Positions 30,254 through 41,392 are shown, counted from the first letter of the stretch. The stretch: DNA of 64,000 bases from Candidatus Latescibacterota bacterium (GCA_965206595.1 OZ242214.1:2336001-2400000), one strand, 5' to 3'. Program-made: numbers and translations. Notes: generated by a model from the sequence alone, not told the origin.

Positions 30254-31597
30254 TCAGGAGACCGCTTCCAGGGCCTTCACCAGGGCGCCTTCCGTCAGAT
30301 CGACCAGCTCGTCGATCTCGCCGCGGCTGCAGGTCAACGCCGGGCCGACCGCGAACCAGGTGGGGTCGACCCGCAGGATGACGCCGCTGTCGAGCGCCGT
30401 TTTCTTCAGCGCCCGTCCGAGCTCGGGAAACGGTTCCATGCCCGCCGTGTCCCTGACCAGCTCGACTCCGCGAAAGAGGCCGCGGCCGCGCACCTCCCTC
30501 ACGATCCCGTACTTCCCCAACCCCTCCAACCTGGCAGCGAGGTAGTCGCCGACCTCGCGGGCGTTGCGGTCCCAGCTCCGGGCGACGATCTCGTCGATGA
30601 CGGCGATCCCGGCGGCGCATCCCAGCGGGTGCCCTGCGTAGGTGTGGCCGTGGGCGAAGTTCGACCCCTCCCCGGCGTCGAAGGCCTCTCCCATCCCTTC
30701 GCGGGCCATCATCGCCCCGAGCGGGATCGTCCCTCCGGACAGGCCCTTGCCGCCGCAGATGATGTCGGGGGTCACCCCGAAGGTCTGGGCCGCGAACATC
30801 GAGCCGGTGCGCCCGAAGCCGGTGATGATCTCGTCGAAGATCAGCAGCACCTCGTGGCGGTCGCAGATGTCGCGAACGATGCGGAAGTACTCGTCTGTCG
30901 GGGTGATGATGCCGCCGGTGTTGGTGATCGGCTCCATGATTATTCCCGCCACCGTGGCCGGGTCCTCGGCGACGATGACGTCCTCGAACAGGCGCGCGCT
31001 GAAGCGGTTGCACTCCTCCCAGTCGCAGAAGCGGTCGCGGAAGTGGGTCGGCGGGAAGACCTTGAGAAAACCGGCCGGCTCGGGATCGAAGGGGGTCTTG
31101 CGCGCCCCGGTGCCGCTGGCCGCCATCGCGCCGGTGGTGCCGCCGTGGTAGCCCTGGTAGCGGCTGATGAACTTGTACTTTCCGGGGCGCCCGGTCTGCT
31201 TGAAGTACTGCCGCGTGAACTTGATCGCCGCCTCGATCGACTCGGAGCCGCCGCTGAAGGATTTGACGAAGTTGAGGTCGCCGGGGGTGACGCTGCCGAC
31301 CTTTTCGACGAAGTCGAGGGTCACGTCGGAGGTGCCGTGCATCGGCGGGGCGAAGCAGAGGCGGTCCATCTGCCGGCGGATCGCCCCGTGCACCGCGGGA
31401 TGACCGTGCCCGAGCAGCACCGAGTAGACGCCGCTGATGCCGTCGAAATAGCGCCTGCCGTCGACGTCCCAGTAGTAGCAGCCCTCGGCGCGCTCGACGA
31501 TCAGCGGGTTCTTCAGGAAGTCGGCAGTCGCCTGGTAGTCGAGGAAGGTGTTGGCGAGGAGCTTCCTGTGGCGCTCGCTGACCTTCTTCATTCCCAT
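30254..31597 (-). CDS. Class-III PLP aminotransferase
   Basis: GGSESIE, YHG, LIFDEIITGFGRTG, GKGLSGG, HGHTY. Confidence 0.92.
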   Translation of the reverse strand: MGMKKVSERHRKLLANTFLDYQATADFLKNPLIVERAEGCYYWDVDGRRYFDGISGVYSVLLGHGHPAVHGAIRRQMDRLCFAPPMHGTSDVTLDFVEKVGSVTPGDLNFVKSFSGGSESIEAAIKFTRQYFKQTGRPGKYKFISRYQGYHGGTTGAMAASGTGARKTPFDPEPAGFLKVFPPTHFRDRFCDWEECNRFSARLFEDVIVAEDPATVAGIIMEPITNTGGIITPTDEYFRIVRDICDRHEVLLIFDEIITGFGRTGSMFAAQTFGVTPDIICGGKGLSGGTIPLGAMMAREGMGEAFDAGEGSNFAHGHTYAGHPLGCAAGIAVIDEIVARSWDRNAREVGDYLAARLEGLGKYGIVREVRGRGLFRGVELVRDTAGMEPFPELGRALKKTALDSGVILRVDPTWFAVGPALTCSRGEIDELVDLTEGALVKALEAVS

Positions 31598-31601
31598 CGC
31601 C

Positions 31602-32780
31602 TCACTCCCCGTTTTCGCTGCAGAAGTTCACTGCGGTAAGGGCGTACACCCGGGCCAGGCGCTCCAGCTCGGCGACCGGCACCTGCTCGTTCAGGGTGTG
31701 CGCCCCGGTGGCCGCGGGCCCGTGGGTGAGGGCGGGGATGCCCCCTTTGGAAACGAAGGTGTTGCCGTCGTCGACGAACGGCTTGGCCCCCACCGGCAGC
31801 TCGGCGCCGGTGACGTCGCGGTGGGCTTGTTGAAACGCGGTCACCAGCGGGTTGTCGAGGTCGATCTCGAAAGCGTCGCCGGGAAACACCTCCTGCGACC
31901 GGATCGCGGCCCCGCTGTCCTGGGCGACATCGTCCAGAAGCTGCTGATACTCGTCGCGGGCCCTGTCGGCGTGTCCCGGGGTAACCCAGCGCCGCGTCCC
32001 CTTCACCTCGCAGGAGAGCGGCGACTGGTTGTATATCTCGCCGCCCTGCAGGAAACCGACGAAGAAGCTGTCGCAGCCGGTGTACCTGTGCGTGATCTCG
32101 CCAAGGCGCTCGTTCTCGCGGTGGAAGCGGGTCACCAGCTCGGCGCCGGCGGCGACGACGTCCGGCAGCCCCTGCGGCCGCAGCACCTCGTGCACCGGCT
32201 CCCCGTCCCGGGTGATCGAGATCTCGAAGATGAACATGCCACGTCCGGCCACCGGGAGGAAGTCGGCGAGGTACTCCGGCAGCATGACCCCGTCCCCGAG
32301 GTAGCCGGCGGCGATCAGGGCCTTCATCTGCCTGCCGTCCCCCCAGGGCCCCTCGTGCTGGTCGTGGGCGGTCAGCAGCATCCCCCCCGACTGCGGGGCT
32401 CCGCATTCCCGCAGCACCCGCATCGCCTCCACGGCCGCGGCGATGCCCCCTTTCATGTCGGAGCAGCCGGAGCCGTAGAGCACGCCGTCCTCGAGACGCG
32501 GGGGCACGAAAGGCAGGTGCACGGTGTCGAGGTGGCCGTCCACCTGCAGGACGCGCCCGCCCTCTCCGAAACCCAGGCGCGCCACCACCGCCGGGGACTC
32601 CGGCCAGTCGCAGACCGGGCGCTCGACGTCGAAACCGTCGGCCCGCAGCAGCTCGTCCAGGCGGCCGGCGACGTCCGCGGCGCTCAAGGTCGGGCTGGGA
32701 ACCTCGATGAGGGCCGTGGCCGTCTCCAGCAGGCGGTCGCCGTTCACCGCGGCCTTGATCTTTTCTCGCAATTCATTCAC
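31602..32780 (-). CDS. M20 family metallopeptidase/deacylase (ArgE/DapE-like)
   Basis: GHLDTV, GSGCSDMKGG, AHTLNE. Confidence 0.88.
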   Translation of the reverse strand: MNELREKIKAAVNGDRLLETATALIEVPSPTLSAADVAGRLDELLRADGFDVERPVCDWPESPAVVARLGFGEGGRVLQVDGHLDTVHLPFVPPRLEDGVLYGSGCSDMKGGIAAAVEAMRVLRECGAPQSGGMLLTAHDQHEGPWGDGRQMKALIAAGYLGDGVMLPEYLADFLPVAGRGMFIFEISITRDGEPVHEVLRPQGLPDVVAAGAELVTRFHRENERLGEITHRYTGCDSFFVGFLQGGEIYNQSPLSCEVKGTRRWVTPGHADRARDEYQQLLDDVAQDSGAAIRSQEVFPGDAFEIDLDNPLVTAFQQAHRDVTGAELPVGAKPFVDDGNTFVSKGGIPALTHGPAATGAHTLNEQVPVAELERLARVYALTAVNFCSENGE

Positions 32781-32913
32781 AGGTCGGTCCGTGGCTATTC
32801 GAGGTTGGGATGGTCGTGTGTGCAGCATCCAGGTTCCGCAAAACTTTTTGGGAGAAACCAAGCCCGGACCTTCGACCTTCTCTTGCTTTCGCTTTTCCCA
32901 ATAGAATAGAGAG

Positions 32914-33000
32914 ATTGAAGAATTCCTGGGCGATTTCCCCAGCGTCGAGCGCTGGCAGATCGAATGGTACCTCGATCTCTGGTTGGAAGGGTCGGAATAA
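32914..33000 (+). pseudogene. C-terminal remnant of a DUF433-like antitoxin
   Basis: IEEFLGDFPSVERWQIEWYLDL*; in-frame stop just upstream and no start codon. Confidence 0.5.
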
Positions 33001-33006
33001 CCCCGG

Positions 33007-34047
33007 TCATCCCGCGCGCACGTCGAGCAGCAGCTTGACCCCTTCCTGGCGCTCGAACAGGGAGAACGCCTCGCGCCATTCGGTCAGGGGAAGCCGGTGG
33101 GAGATCAGCGCTTCCGTGTCCACCCTGCCCCTGCGCATCAGCTCGAGGGCGCGGCTCCAGGAGGTGGGCTGCTGGCCGAACGACCCGGTGAAGCGCAGCT
33201 CCTTGACCGCCACCGCCTCGAGATCGATCTCGACCGGAGCGCCGAACAGGCCGACCTGGGTGTACTTCCCCTGCTTGCGCACCAGCTTCAGGGCCAGGGC
33301 GGCGCCGGACGGATGCCCCGAGCACTCGAGAACGACATCGGCGCCGTACCCCCCCGAGAGCCCGGCGACGACCTCCTCGGCCTCTTCTTCTTCCACCACG
33401 ACGGCGCGCTCCGCCCCCAGCCGCAGCGCCAGGTCGAGCCGCTTGCGGTCCCGCCGCCGGCCGAAAATCACCGCCCTACCTCCTTCGGCGAGCGCCACCT
33501 GCAGGCAGAGCAGGCCGATGCTGCCCGGCCCGACCACGGCGACGAGGTCGCCTGCCGACACCCGGGTGAGCTCGATGACCGCATGCACGGCACAGGCCAG
33601 GGGCTCGCTCAGGGCCGCGGCGCGAAAGCCGACGTTTGCCGGCAGCTCGCGGATGCAGCGCTCGGGCGCCACACACAGGGGCGCGAACGAGCCGTCGTGC
33701 CAGTACCCCATCGACTCGCGGCGCAGACAGAGATTGATCGCGCCGCGGCGGCAGTAGCGGCAGTCCCCGCAGATGCGCACGCTCGGCAGGGCGGTGACGC
33801 GCATCCCCGGGGCGACCGACCCCACCCCTTCTCCGACCGCGGCCACCACCCCGCTGAACTCGTGGCCGACGACGACGGGCACGCGGATCGGGATCGCTAT
33901 CGCGTCCTCGTACACGTGCAGGTCGGAGCCGCAGATGCCCGCGGCCTCGACCTCGACCAGCACTTCCCCGGGCCCCGGGACCGGTTCGGCCACCTCGCGA
34001 ACCTCCATGTTTCCCGGTCCGCGCGCGTATTTGACGAGTCCTTTCAC
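33007..34047 (-). CDS. Zinc-dependent alcohol dehydrogenase (sorbitol/threonine-DH-like)
   Basis: GICGSDLH, GHEFSG, CGDCRYC...C, GPGSIG. Confidence 0.92.
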   Translation of the reverse strand: MKGLVKYARGPGNMEVREVAEPVPGPGEVLVEVEAAGICGSDLHVYEDAIAIPIRVPVVVGHEFSGVVAAVGEGVGSVAPGMRVTALPSVRICGDCRYCRRGAINLCLRRESMGYWHDGSFAPLCVAPERCIRELPANVGFRAAALSEPLACAVHAVIELTRVSAGDLVAVVGPGSIGLLCLQVALAEGGRAVIFGRRRDRKRLDLALRLGAERAVVVEEEEAEEVVAGLSGGYGADVVLECSGHPSGAALALKLVRKQGKYTQVGLFGAPVEIDLEAVAVKELRFTGSFGQQPTSWSRALELMRRGRVDTEALISHRLPLTEWREAFSLFERQEGVKLLLDVRAG

Positions 34048-34141
34048 GCCGTTTAGTCTCTCCAACCCGCTTTGGCAGGATACCCTTGCCTCTCAAGAAG
34101 TAGCCCATTCCCACAGCTCCGGCAACCGGGAGTCACCACCC

Positions 34142-35224
34142 ATGAGCGACAGCAGATACAAGGCCGCCATCATCGGCTGCGGCCGCCTCGGGCAGCATTA
34201 CGGCTGGTGCTATCACACCTTCCCCGACACCGAGATCGTCGCCATCGCCGAGCACAACCCGGAGCGCCGGCGGCGCGTCGGCGAGGTGTTCGGGGTCGAC
34301 GCCCTCTTCCCCGACGCCGACAGCCTGCTGAAGGAGATCGTCCCCGACGTCGTCTCGGTGGTGACGCCTACCAAGTACATGAAGGATGCGGTCATCGCCT
34401 GCGCCGAAGCCGGCGTCAAGGGGGTCACCACGGACAAGCCGATAGCGGCGCGGCTGTCCGACGCCGACGAGATGATCGCCGCCTGCGAATCGCGCGGGGT
34501 CGTGTACGGAGGGGGCAACCTGCAGCGGGCCATGTACGAAGTGCAGGAGGCGAGCCGCCGGTTTCTCCGCAGCGGCGAGCTCGGGGAGCTTCTCGGCGCC
34601 TCGGTGCATTCCTTCGGAGGCGAGATCTCCGGGGGCGGCTGCCAGCACATCTGCGTGCTCACCCTGTTCGCCGACGCCCTCGTCGAGGAGGTGACCGCCT
34701 GGGTTTCCCCGCCGGAGGCGCTCGCCCGGGAAGACGACGGGCTGGTCGTCAACGGGCGCTTCCGCCTCTCCTCCGGTCTCGAATGCCAGGTCTTCGGCCA
34801 GACCACTCCCTCGAGGGGGGTCGACGTCTTGACCGAGGAGGGCCTGGTGCGCTGGGACTGGAACCGACCGGAGGTGTACCAGGGGTTCGAGGCCGGGGGC
34901 GAGCGCCGCAGGCTCGAGTTCGAGTACGAGAAGCACGACTGGCCCCAGTTCTACTACATGGCCAGCTCCCTGCGTTCCTTCCTGGCGACCGTGGCCGGCG
35001 AGGGGGAGCTCTACATCTCCGGCGACAACCTGCGCCACGCCCTCGAGGTCGCCATCGCCTGCAAGCAGTCGGCCCTGTTGGGGAACGTCCCGGTATCGCT
35101 GCCGCTCGAGGACCGCTCCCTGGAGCTGAAGCCGCGGACCTACCGCTGGCTGGGCGGGGATGCCGAGGGCAGACCGCAGGCAGTGTCGGAGATCCTCACC
35201 GAAGCCCCGGACCAACGCCGGTGA
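34142..35224 (+). CDS. Gfo/Idh/MocA oxidoreductase
   Basis: IIGCGRLG, DKPIA. Confidence 0.85.
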   Translation: MSDSRYKAAIIGCGRLGQHYGWCYHTFPDTEIVAIAEHNPERRRRVGEVFGVDALFPDADSLLKEIVPDVVSVVTPTKYMKDAVIACAEAGVKGVTTDKPIAARLSDADEMIAACESRGVVYGGGNLQRAMYEVQEASRRFLRSGELGELLGASVHSFGGEISGGGCQHICVLTLFADALVEEVTAWVSPPEALAREDDGLVVNGRFRLSSGLECQVFGQTTPSRGVDVLTEEGLVRWDWNRPEVYQGFEAGGERRRLEFEYEKHDWPQFYYMASSLRSFLATVAGEGELYISGDNLRHALEVAIACKQSALLGNVPVSLPLEDRSLELKPRTYRWLGGDAEGRPQAVSEILTEAPDQRR

Positions 35225-36939
35225 GAAGCGACCTCGACATCGCCCGGGCGACGACCCCCAAGCACATAACCGGCATCGCCGCGGACCTCGGCCTGTCCCC
35301 TGACGACCTCGACCTGTACGGCCGCTACAAGGCCAAGATCCACCTCGACGTCCTGGGGCGGCGGGAGCGCCGGGAGGGAGCGAAGTACGTCGTCGTCACG
35401 GCGATGACCCCGACGACGCACGGCGAGGGCAAGACCACGGCAACCGTCGGTCTCAGCCAGGCGCTGAACGCCCTCGGGGAACGCTCGATCGCCACCATCC
35501 GGCAGCCCTCGATGGGACCGACCTTCGGCATCAAGGGCGGAGCCGCGGGAGGCGGCCACGCGCAGGTGATCCCGATGGAGGAGCTCAACCTGCACCTGAC
35601 CGGCGACATCCACGCCGTCACCTCCGCGCACAGCCTGCTCGCCGCCGCGGTCGACGCCCGCCTCTACCACGAGGAGCGCCTCGACGACAGGCGGTTGCGG
35701 CGGCGCGGCTTGAAGCGGCTCGACATCGATCCGGAAGCCGTCACCTGGAAGCGGGTCGTCGACATGGGGGACCGCGCCCTGCGCGACATCGTCGTCAGCG
35801 ACGGCGGCGAGGGGGTGCGCCGCAACAGCGGCTACGACATCAGCGCCGCCTCCGAGGTGATGGCGATCCTGGCGCTGGCTTCCGGGCTCGGGGACCTGCG
35901 GCGGCGGCTGGGACGCATCGTCGTCGGCTTCGACCGGACCGGCAGGCCGGTGACCGCCGAAGACCTCGGGGCCGCCGGCGCCATGGCGGTCCTGCTCAAG
36001 GACGCGATGATGCCCAACCTGCTGCAGACGCTGGAGAACAGCCCGGTGCTCGTCCACGCCGGTCCGTTCGCCAACATCGCCCACGGCAACAGCTCCATCG
36101 TCGCCGACGAGATCGCCCTGCGCCTTCTGGGAACAGGGTATCTCGTCACCGAAAGCGGCTTCGGCGCCGACTGCGGTTTCGAGAAGTTCTGCCACGTCAA
36201 GTGCCGCTACTCCGGCCTCGACCCGGACTGCGCCGTCATCGTCGCCACCGTGCGCGCCATCAAGTCGCACGGCGGGGCTCCTGCCAAGGCCCGTAACCCT
36301 GGGGAAGCCCAGGAGAGGGAATGGCTGGAGCAAGGGCTCGGCAACCTCGCTGCCAACATCGGCATCGTGCGCCGGTTCGGGGTCCCCGCGGTCGTCGCCG
36401 TCAACCGCTTCAGCGGCGACACCGACGCCGAGGTCGACCGCGTCATCGCGGCGGCCCTCGCCCACGGGGCCGAAGCAGCGTGTTCCTGCGAGGTCTGGGA
36501 TCGCGGGGGCGCCGGGGGCGCCGACCTCGCCCGTGCGGTGATCGATTGCTGCGCGTCCGGATCGAGCTTCCGGCCCCTCTACGGGGAGGAGACGCCGCTG
36601 CGCGAGAAGATGGAAACCGTGGCCACCCAGGTGTACGGAGCGTCCGGAATCGCCCTTGCCCCGGAAGCGGAGAAGAGCATCGAGCGCTACGAGCAGCTCG
36701 GTTTCGGAGCCCTTCCCGTCAACATGGCCAAAACCCACCTTTCGCTTTCCCACAACCCGGAGCTGAGGGGGGTCCCCTCCGGCTTCGAGCTTCCGGTTAG
36801 GGACGTCGCGCTCTCCGCGGGCGCCGGTTTCCTCGTCCCCCTGTGCGGGGAGATCCGCCGCATGCCGGGGCTGCCTTCGCGGCCTGCCTTCATGAACCTC
36901 GACCTCGACGAAGAGGGACAGGTGGTCGGGCTGGCGTGA
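35221..36939 (+). CDS. fhs: Formate--tetrahydrofolate ligase
   Basis: YGRYKAK, GEGKTT, IKGGAAGGG, HAGPFANIAHG, MPGL. Confidence 0.95.
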   Translation: MRSDLDIARATTPKHITGIAADLGLSPDDLDLYGRYKAKIHLDVLGRRERREGAKYVVVTAMTPTTHGEGKTTATVGLSQALNALGERSIATIRQPSMGPTFGIKGGAAGGGHAQVIPMEELNLHLTGDIHAVTSAHSLLAAAVDARLYHEERLDDRRLRRRGLKRLDIDPEAVTWKRVVDMGDRALRDIVVSDGGEGVRRNSGYDISAASEVMAILALASGLGDLRRRLGRIVVGFDRTGRPVTAEDLGAAGAMAVLLKDAMMPNLLQTLENSPVLVHAGPFANIAHGNSSIVADEIALRLLGTGYLVTESGFGADCGFEKFCHVKCRYSGLDPDCAVIVATVRAIKSHGGAPAKARNPGEAQEREWLEQGLGNLAANIGIVRRFGVPAVVAVNRFSGDTDAEVDRVIAAALAHGAEAACSCEVWDRGGAGGADLARAVIDCCASGSSFRPLYGEETPLREKMETVATQVYGASGIALAPEAEKSIERYEQLGFGALPVNMAKTHLSLSHNPELRGVPSGFELPVRDVALSAGAGFLVPLCGEIRRMPGLPSRPAFMNLDLDEEGQVVGLA

Positions 36940-37445
36940 CCCCGGAACAGCGATACCTCTTCGACATCCAGGAATTCCTCCACCTCGAGAAAGCCCTCCC
37001 CGGTTCCGAGTTGGAGGCCGCGCAACAAGGGCGGGTACAGCAACGGTTTTTCCTTCGACCCGGCATTCGAGCGCCTCGCCCTGCACCGGTCGATCTGGCC
37101 CCTGGTCGTCGAGCTCACCGCTGGCAAGCCGCGGCTGGCGAGCGGCACCCTGCGGGTCAACACGCACGAGGACGACCGCTTCGGCCCCCTGCACAGCGCC
37201 CGCGAAAGCTGGGGAGACGTCGAGACACCCCGTTACTTCACCCGCGACGGCAGGATCTACTGCGACTTCACCGTCGCCTTCTTCTACCTGAGCGACGTGC
37301 ATCCGGGAGACGGGGGTCTGGTGCTGATACCCGGCTCGCAGAGGAAGTCACCTCGTGGCTGCTGCCCGAGGTCCGGGAGCTGGTCGAGTTTCAGCCCCGC
37401 AACAAGGTCAAGAAGATCGTCGAGAGCGACCGGCCACTGGGTTGA
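36936..37445 (+). pseudogene. PhyH-family dioxygenase with internal deletions
   Basis: MTPEQRYLFDIQ..., then another frame with FYLSDVHPGDGGLVLIPGS, then an abrupt jump to the C-terminus; distal His region absent. Confidence 0.7.
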
Positions 37446-37698
37446 TGGTGCCGGAGACCTGGCAGCCCCCGGTGGGTGCCTTGTCCTCGACCGTCATGAC
37501 GCACCAACAGATCAACTATGGCAACGGGCTGTCAGACAGCCCCGGGAATGGATCCGAGAAAGAGGGTGGGAAGGGGCCCGGAATCTGCGCTGAGCTTCAG
37601 GGATTCCGGGGTACAGCGGTGGGATGCACAGGTGGGGCTGCGGGCGGACGCGACGCCCGGAAACAGGAGCCAGCGCCCGCCCGTGAGACCGGTTCCCG

Positions 37699-38214
37699 TC
37701 AGGAATTCTCCGCGGCCGCCAACAGCTCGGCGACCTCGTACACCACTCCATCCACGGACACCGTTCCCCCGTACTCCTGGTTCGCCAAATCGATGGTCAT
37801 GTCGACACCGATGTCCACCGGTGTTTCATAGGCTTCGCCGCTTCCCACGAGGTCCCCCTTGAGGGTGGGCGGCTCTGCCGTTCCGTCGAAGGTCAACTCG
37901 CCGTCGAGGACGAGCTCTCCGTCCTGCGAAAACTCCTCCAGCGTCATCTTGTTGTCCGCGACCGTTATCGTTCCTCCCGCCTCCCCTTCGATGGTGCCGC
38001 CCCCCAGGGCCAGTTTCAGGAACGCCTCCTGCATAACCGGCTGGAGCGTTCCGAACAGCTCCATTGCCTGCGCCTGGGCGACTTCGGGGTCCCCGTTACC
38101 GTTTTCCGGCTCCGTCGGACCGGTCTCCTCCTCGTCGCCGCACGCCAGGAACAGGGGCAGAATTCCGATCAGCATCCAGGTATGGCGGCGGCGGTTCGCA
38201 AGCCGTAGTCTCAT
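37699..38214 (-). CDS. Acidic lipoprotein of unknown function
   Basis: SD AAGGAGG; basic N-region, hydrophobic core, lipobox FLAC. Confidence 0.75.
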   Translation of the reverse strand: MRLRLANRRRHTWMLIGILPLFLACGDEEETGPTEPENGNGDPEVAQAQAMELFGTLQPVMQEAFLKLALGGGTIEGEAGGTITVADNKMTLEEFSQDGELVLDGELTFDGTAEPPTLKGDLVGSGEAYETPVDIGVDMTIDLANQEYGGTVSVDGVVYEVAELLAAAENS

Positions 38215-38347
38215 GAGATCCTCCTTTGTCAGTGCGAAATTATCGCGGTTCGGTGGTGGAATATCCGCCACCATAATAGCGCATAAACCGACCGATGCGA
38301 GCCCTGCGATCCATACCCGCCCTGCCGCGGCAGGGCGACCCCGAATA

Positions 38348-39181
38348 ATGAACCCTTTCCGCATCGACGCCCCTTCCGTCGATCACCTCGCCGGTTTCGA
38401 CGAAGAGGGATTCATCTCCTTCGAGGACGCGATGAGGGACGGGTTTCGCGACGCCCTCATCGATGAGGTCCTCGCCCGCGGTCCGGTGAGGGAATTCCTT
38501 TCCGGCGCCGATCGCGACCGGCTCGCCGACCCGACCCGCTATTTCGAGCGACCCTGGAACGACCGCGGACCGTTCTCGGACGCCCTGATCGACGCGCCCC
38601 TGATCACCGCCCTGCTCGAGAGAACCGTCGGCCGGGACTACCACTTCTGCCACTCGGCGATGAACCTCGCCCTGCCCGGAGCCGGGCGGCAGCCGCTCCA
38701 CCAGGACCACCACCACTGGAAGCACGACAACCCGGTCAACCTCGCCGAACGGGGCCGCTACTACATCCAGGTTCTCTACTACCCCAACGGCTTCACGCGT
38801 AGCGACCGCAGCCTCTGCGTCGTTCCCGGCAGCCACCGCATCGACCCCACGCCCGAGGTAACCCCCGAGCGCCTGCTCTCCGGTGAGCTCGACGAGGAAG
38901 CGGGCTGCAGGCTCGAGCTCGTGCAGCTCGAGCTGCCCCCGGGCAGCTTCGTGTGCCTCAACGCCCGCATGTTCCACGGGGTCGATCCCAAGCCGCCGGC
39001 ATCCCCGCAGCCGTACCGCATCTTCCTGATCGACATCTTCAAGCAGGCCGGGCCGCCCCACCGCTTCACGCAGGAGATCCCCCAAGAGTGGATGGCCCGG
39101 GCGAACCCGCACCGCCGTCGCCTGTTCGCACGCGAGCCCTACACCGAGGGCTGCTGGCTGCGGCAGGAGCGCGCGTGGTAG
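38348..39181 (+). CDS. PhyH-family dioxygenase
   Basis: FDEEGF, LHQD, VVPGSH, MFHG. Confidence 0.88.
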   Translation: MNPFRIDAPSVDHLAGFDEEGFISFEDAMRDGFRDALIDEVLARGPVREFLSGADRDRLADPTRYFERPWNDRGPFSDALIDAPLITALLERTVGRDYHFCHSAMNLALPGAGRQPLHQDHHHWKHDNPVNLAERGRYYIQVLYYPNGFTRSDRSLCVVPGSHRIDPTPEVTPERLLSGELDEEAGCRLELVQLELPPGSFVCLNARMFHGVDPKPPASPQPYRIFLIDIFKQAGPPHRFTQEIPQEWMARANPHRRRLFAREPYTEGCWLRQERAW

Positions 39182-40097
39182 CGATCACCGTGGTCGGCAG
39201 CTTCGTCGTCGGCATCACCGTCAGGGTGCCGCGCATGCCGGTGCCCGGGGAAGGGCTGATCGGCGATCTCTTCGACCTGGGGCCCGGCGGCAAGGGGACC
39301 AACCAGGCGGTCGGGGCCGCCCGCCTCGGCGCCGGCGTCAGCCTCGTCGCCTGCACCGGCGACGACCTGTTCGCCCCGGTCGCCGACGAGCTCTTCGAGC
39401 AGGAGGGGATCTCCCGCGAGCACATCCACCGCATCCCGGGCGTCAACACCGCGGTCGGCATGGTTACCGTCCTGCCCTCGGGGGAGAACGCCATCGTCGG
39501 GCATCTCGGGGCCAACATGGAAATGCGTCCCGAACACGTCGAGGCGGCCGCGGACCTGATCGCCGCCAGCGACATCGTCATGACCCAGTTCGAGGTGCCC
39601 CCCGAGGCGGTCGAGCGGGCCATGGAGCTGGGCGGCAGGCACGGGGCCCTGACCCTGCTCAACCCGGCGCCGGCGCGGGCGGTCGAGCCGCGGCAGCTCC
39701 GAAACGTCGACTTGATGACCCCTAACGAGACCGAGACCCGCATCCTGCTGGGGCTGGCCCCGGACGATCCCACGCCGACCGAAGAGCTGGCGCGCCGGCT
39801 CCTCGATCTCGGGGTCGGGCGCATCGTCGTCACCCGGGGGAAGCGCGGCTCCCTGATCGTCACGGCCGGGGGAATCGTCGAAATCCCGGCGCCGCGGATC
39901 GACGCGGTCGACGCCACCGGGGCGGGCGACAGCTTCAACGCCGCCCTGGCCACCGGCCTGGGAGAGGGGCTGCCGCTGCCCGATGCGGTGGCGCAGGCCA
40001 ACTGCGCCGGGGCCTTCTGCGCCACCGCATCGGGGTCGTCGACGGCCTCCCGACCCGCGCCGAGCTCGAGGGGTTCATCGCCGCGAACCCGGCCTGA
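39175..40097 (+). CDS. rbsK: Ribokinase (frameshift near 40028, likely a sequencing error)
   Basis: GGKGTNQA, NPAP, PNETE, DATGAGDSF; C-terminus IGVVDGLPTRAEL..* in the shifted frame. Confidence 0.8.
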
Positions 40098-40108
40098 CAG
40101 GAGAAGAG

Positions 40109-41392
40109 ATGGGTATCGAATACCAGTACGCCGGCCTGAGAAACCCCCGGTCCCCCGGGCTTCCGGTCGAGGCCTGCAGCGCCCGCCTGCACCGGTTCGC
40201 CTGTGCCGAGTCCCGCCTGATGTTCCTAGAAGCGGCCCACATCATCAGTACCCCTGAGCGGGACGTGAAGGCCCTGCTGTCCCGCTGCCAGTACGAGGAC
40301 GGCCAACACGCCGACCGCCTCCGCCACAGGCTCACCGAGCTGCGGGCTTCCCGGAGGCGGGCGTTCGCGGAGCCGGACCCCGACCTCGAGGTCCTCTTCG
40401 ACGAGGCAATGCACTCGCGCGGAACCCCGGAACTGCTGGCCGCCCTCACTCTGGTCGTCAAGCCGGCCATGGTCGAGGCGTACCGCCGCTACGAGCGGGA
40501 GACCAACGGGCTCGCCGACTACGCCAGCCTGCGCGCCCTGCGGGAGATCGTCGCCGAGGAGGAGGAGGGGCTCGCCCTGCTGCGAGCCGCGTACGCCGAC
40601 GCCGTCGGGTCATCCTCCCGGGCGCGGAGCCAGGCCGATGAATGGTCCGCCCATCTCGGTCAGCTTCTCGAGGCAGCCGGTGGGATCGACGGCAGCGGCA
40701 AGAAGCGGCCTGATGCGCTACGCACCAGCCGCGGCCGCTCCCCCTACCGGATTCCGCGGCGCAAGGCCTGGGACGACACCTTCCCGAAGGTGTGGGACAT
40801 CGAGCACGTCGGCGGCGAGGAGGTGCCGCCGCGACTCGCCCAGATGATCTGCACCCGCCTCGGGGAGCTCACTATAGCCGAAGCGCTCTCGTTCGTGCTC
40901 TGCGAGACCGGGGAGCAGCCTTGGCAGTTCTACATCGACGTCTCGCGCCACATGTGGGACGAGATGCGCCACTCCCTGTTCGGCGAGGCCGCCATCGAGG
41001 ACCTGCTCGGGGACCGCGCCGCCCTGCCGCTGCGGGAGTGGGAGACGGAGTACCTCTACCAGCTCGAGCCGCTGCCCCTCTACGCCATGCTCTGCGACGT
41101 CGAGTCCGGCCTCATGAAATACCCGCCCGGCAAGCGCTTCGAGTACGAGTTCTGCCGCGACCGGTCACGCCACCCGCTGATGACGACGTTGCAGGACTTC
41201 GACTGGGCCGACGAGGTGCTGCACGTCAACATCGCTCGCCGCCGGCTCAAGGCCTGGTACCCGGGCTCCCAGCAGGAGCTGGCCGCCCTGGCCGCGGACG
41301 GCATCGAGGCCCGCACCCGCGCCCGCGACAAGCATCCGCCGGCGCCCCTGCCCGACATCGAAACCGCCCTGGCCAAAAGGAGACAGCCATGA
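40109..41392 (+). CDS. Two-domain ferritin-like (DUF455-like) putative diiron protein
   Basis: EDGQH in the N-half; WDEMRH and ADEVLH in the C-half. Confidence 0.65.
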   Translation: MGIEYQYAGLRNPRSPGLPVEACSARLHRFACAESRLMFLEAAHIISTPERDVKALLSRCQYEDGQHADRLRHRLTELRASRRRAFAEPDPDLEVLFDEAMHSRGTPELLAALTLVVKPAMVEAYRRYERETNGLADYASLRALREIVAEEEEGLALLRAAYADAVGSSSRARSQADEWSAHLGQLLEAAGGIDGSGKKRPDALRTSRGRSPYRIPRRKAWDDTFPKVWDIEHVGGEEVPPRLAQMICTRLGELTIAEALSFVLCETGEQPWQFYIDVSRHMWDEMRHSLFGEAAIEDLLGDRAALPLREWETEYLYQLEPLPLYAMLCDVESGLMKYPPGKRFEYEFCRDRSRHPLMTTLQDFDWADEVLHVNIARRRLKAWYPGSQQELAALAADGIEARTRARDKHPPAPLPDIETALAKRRQP

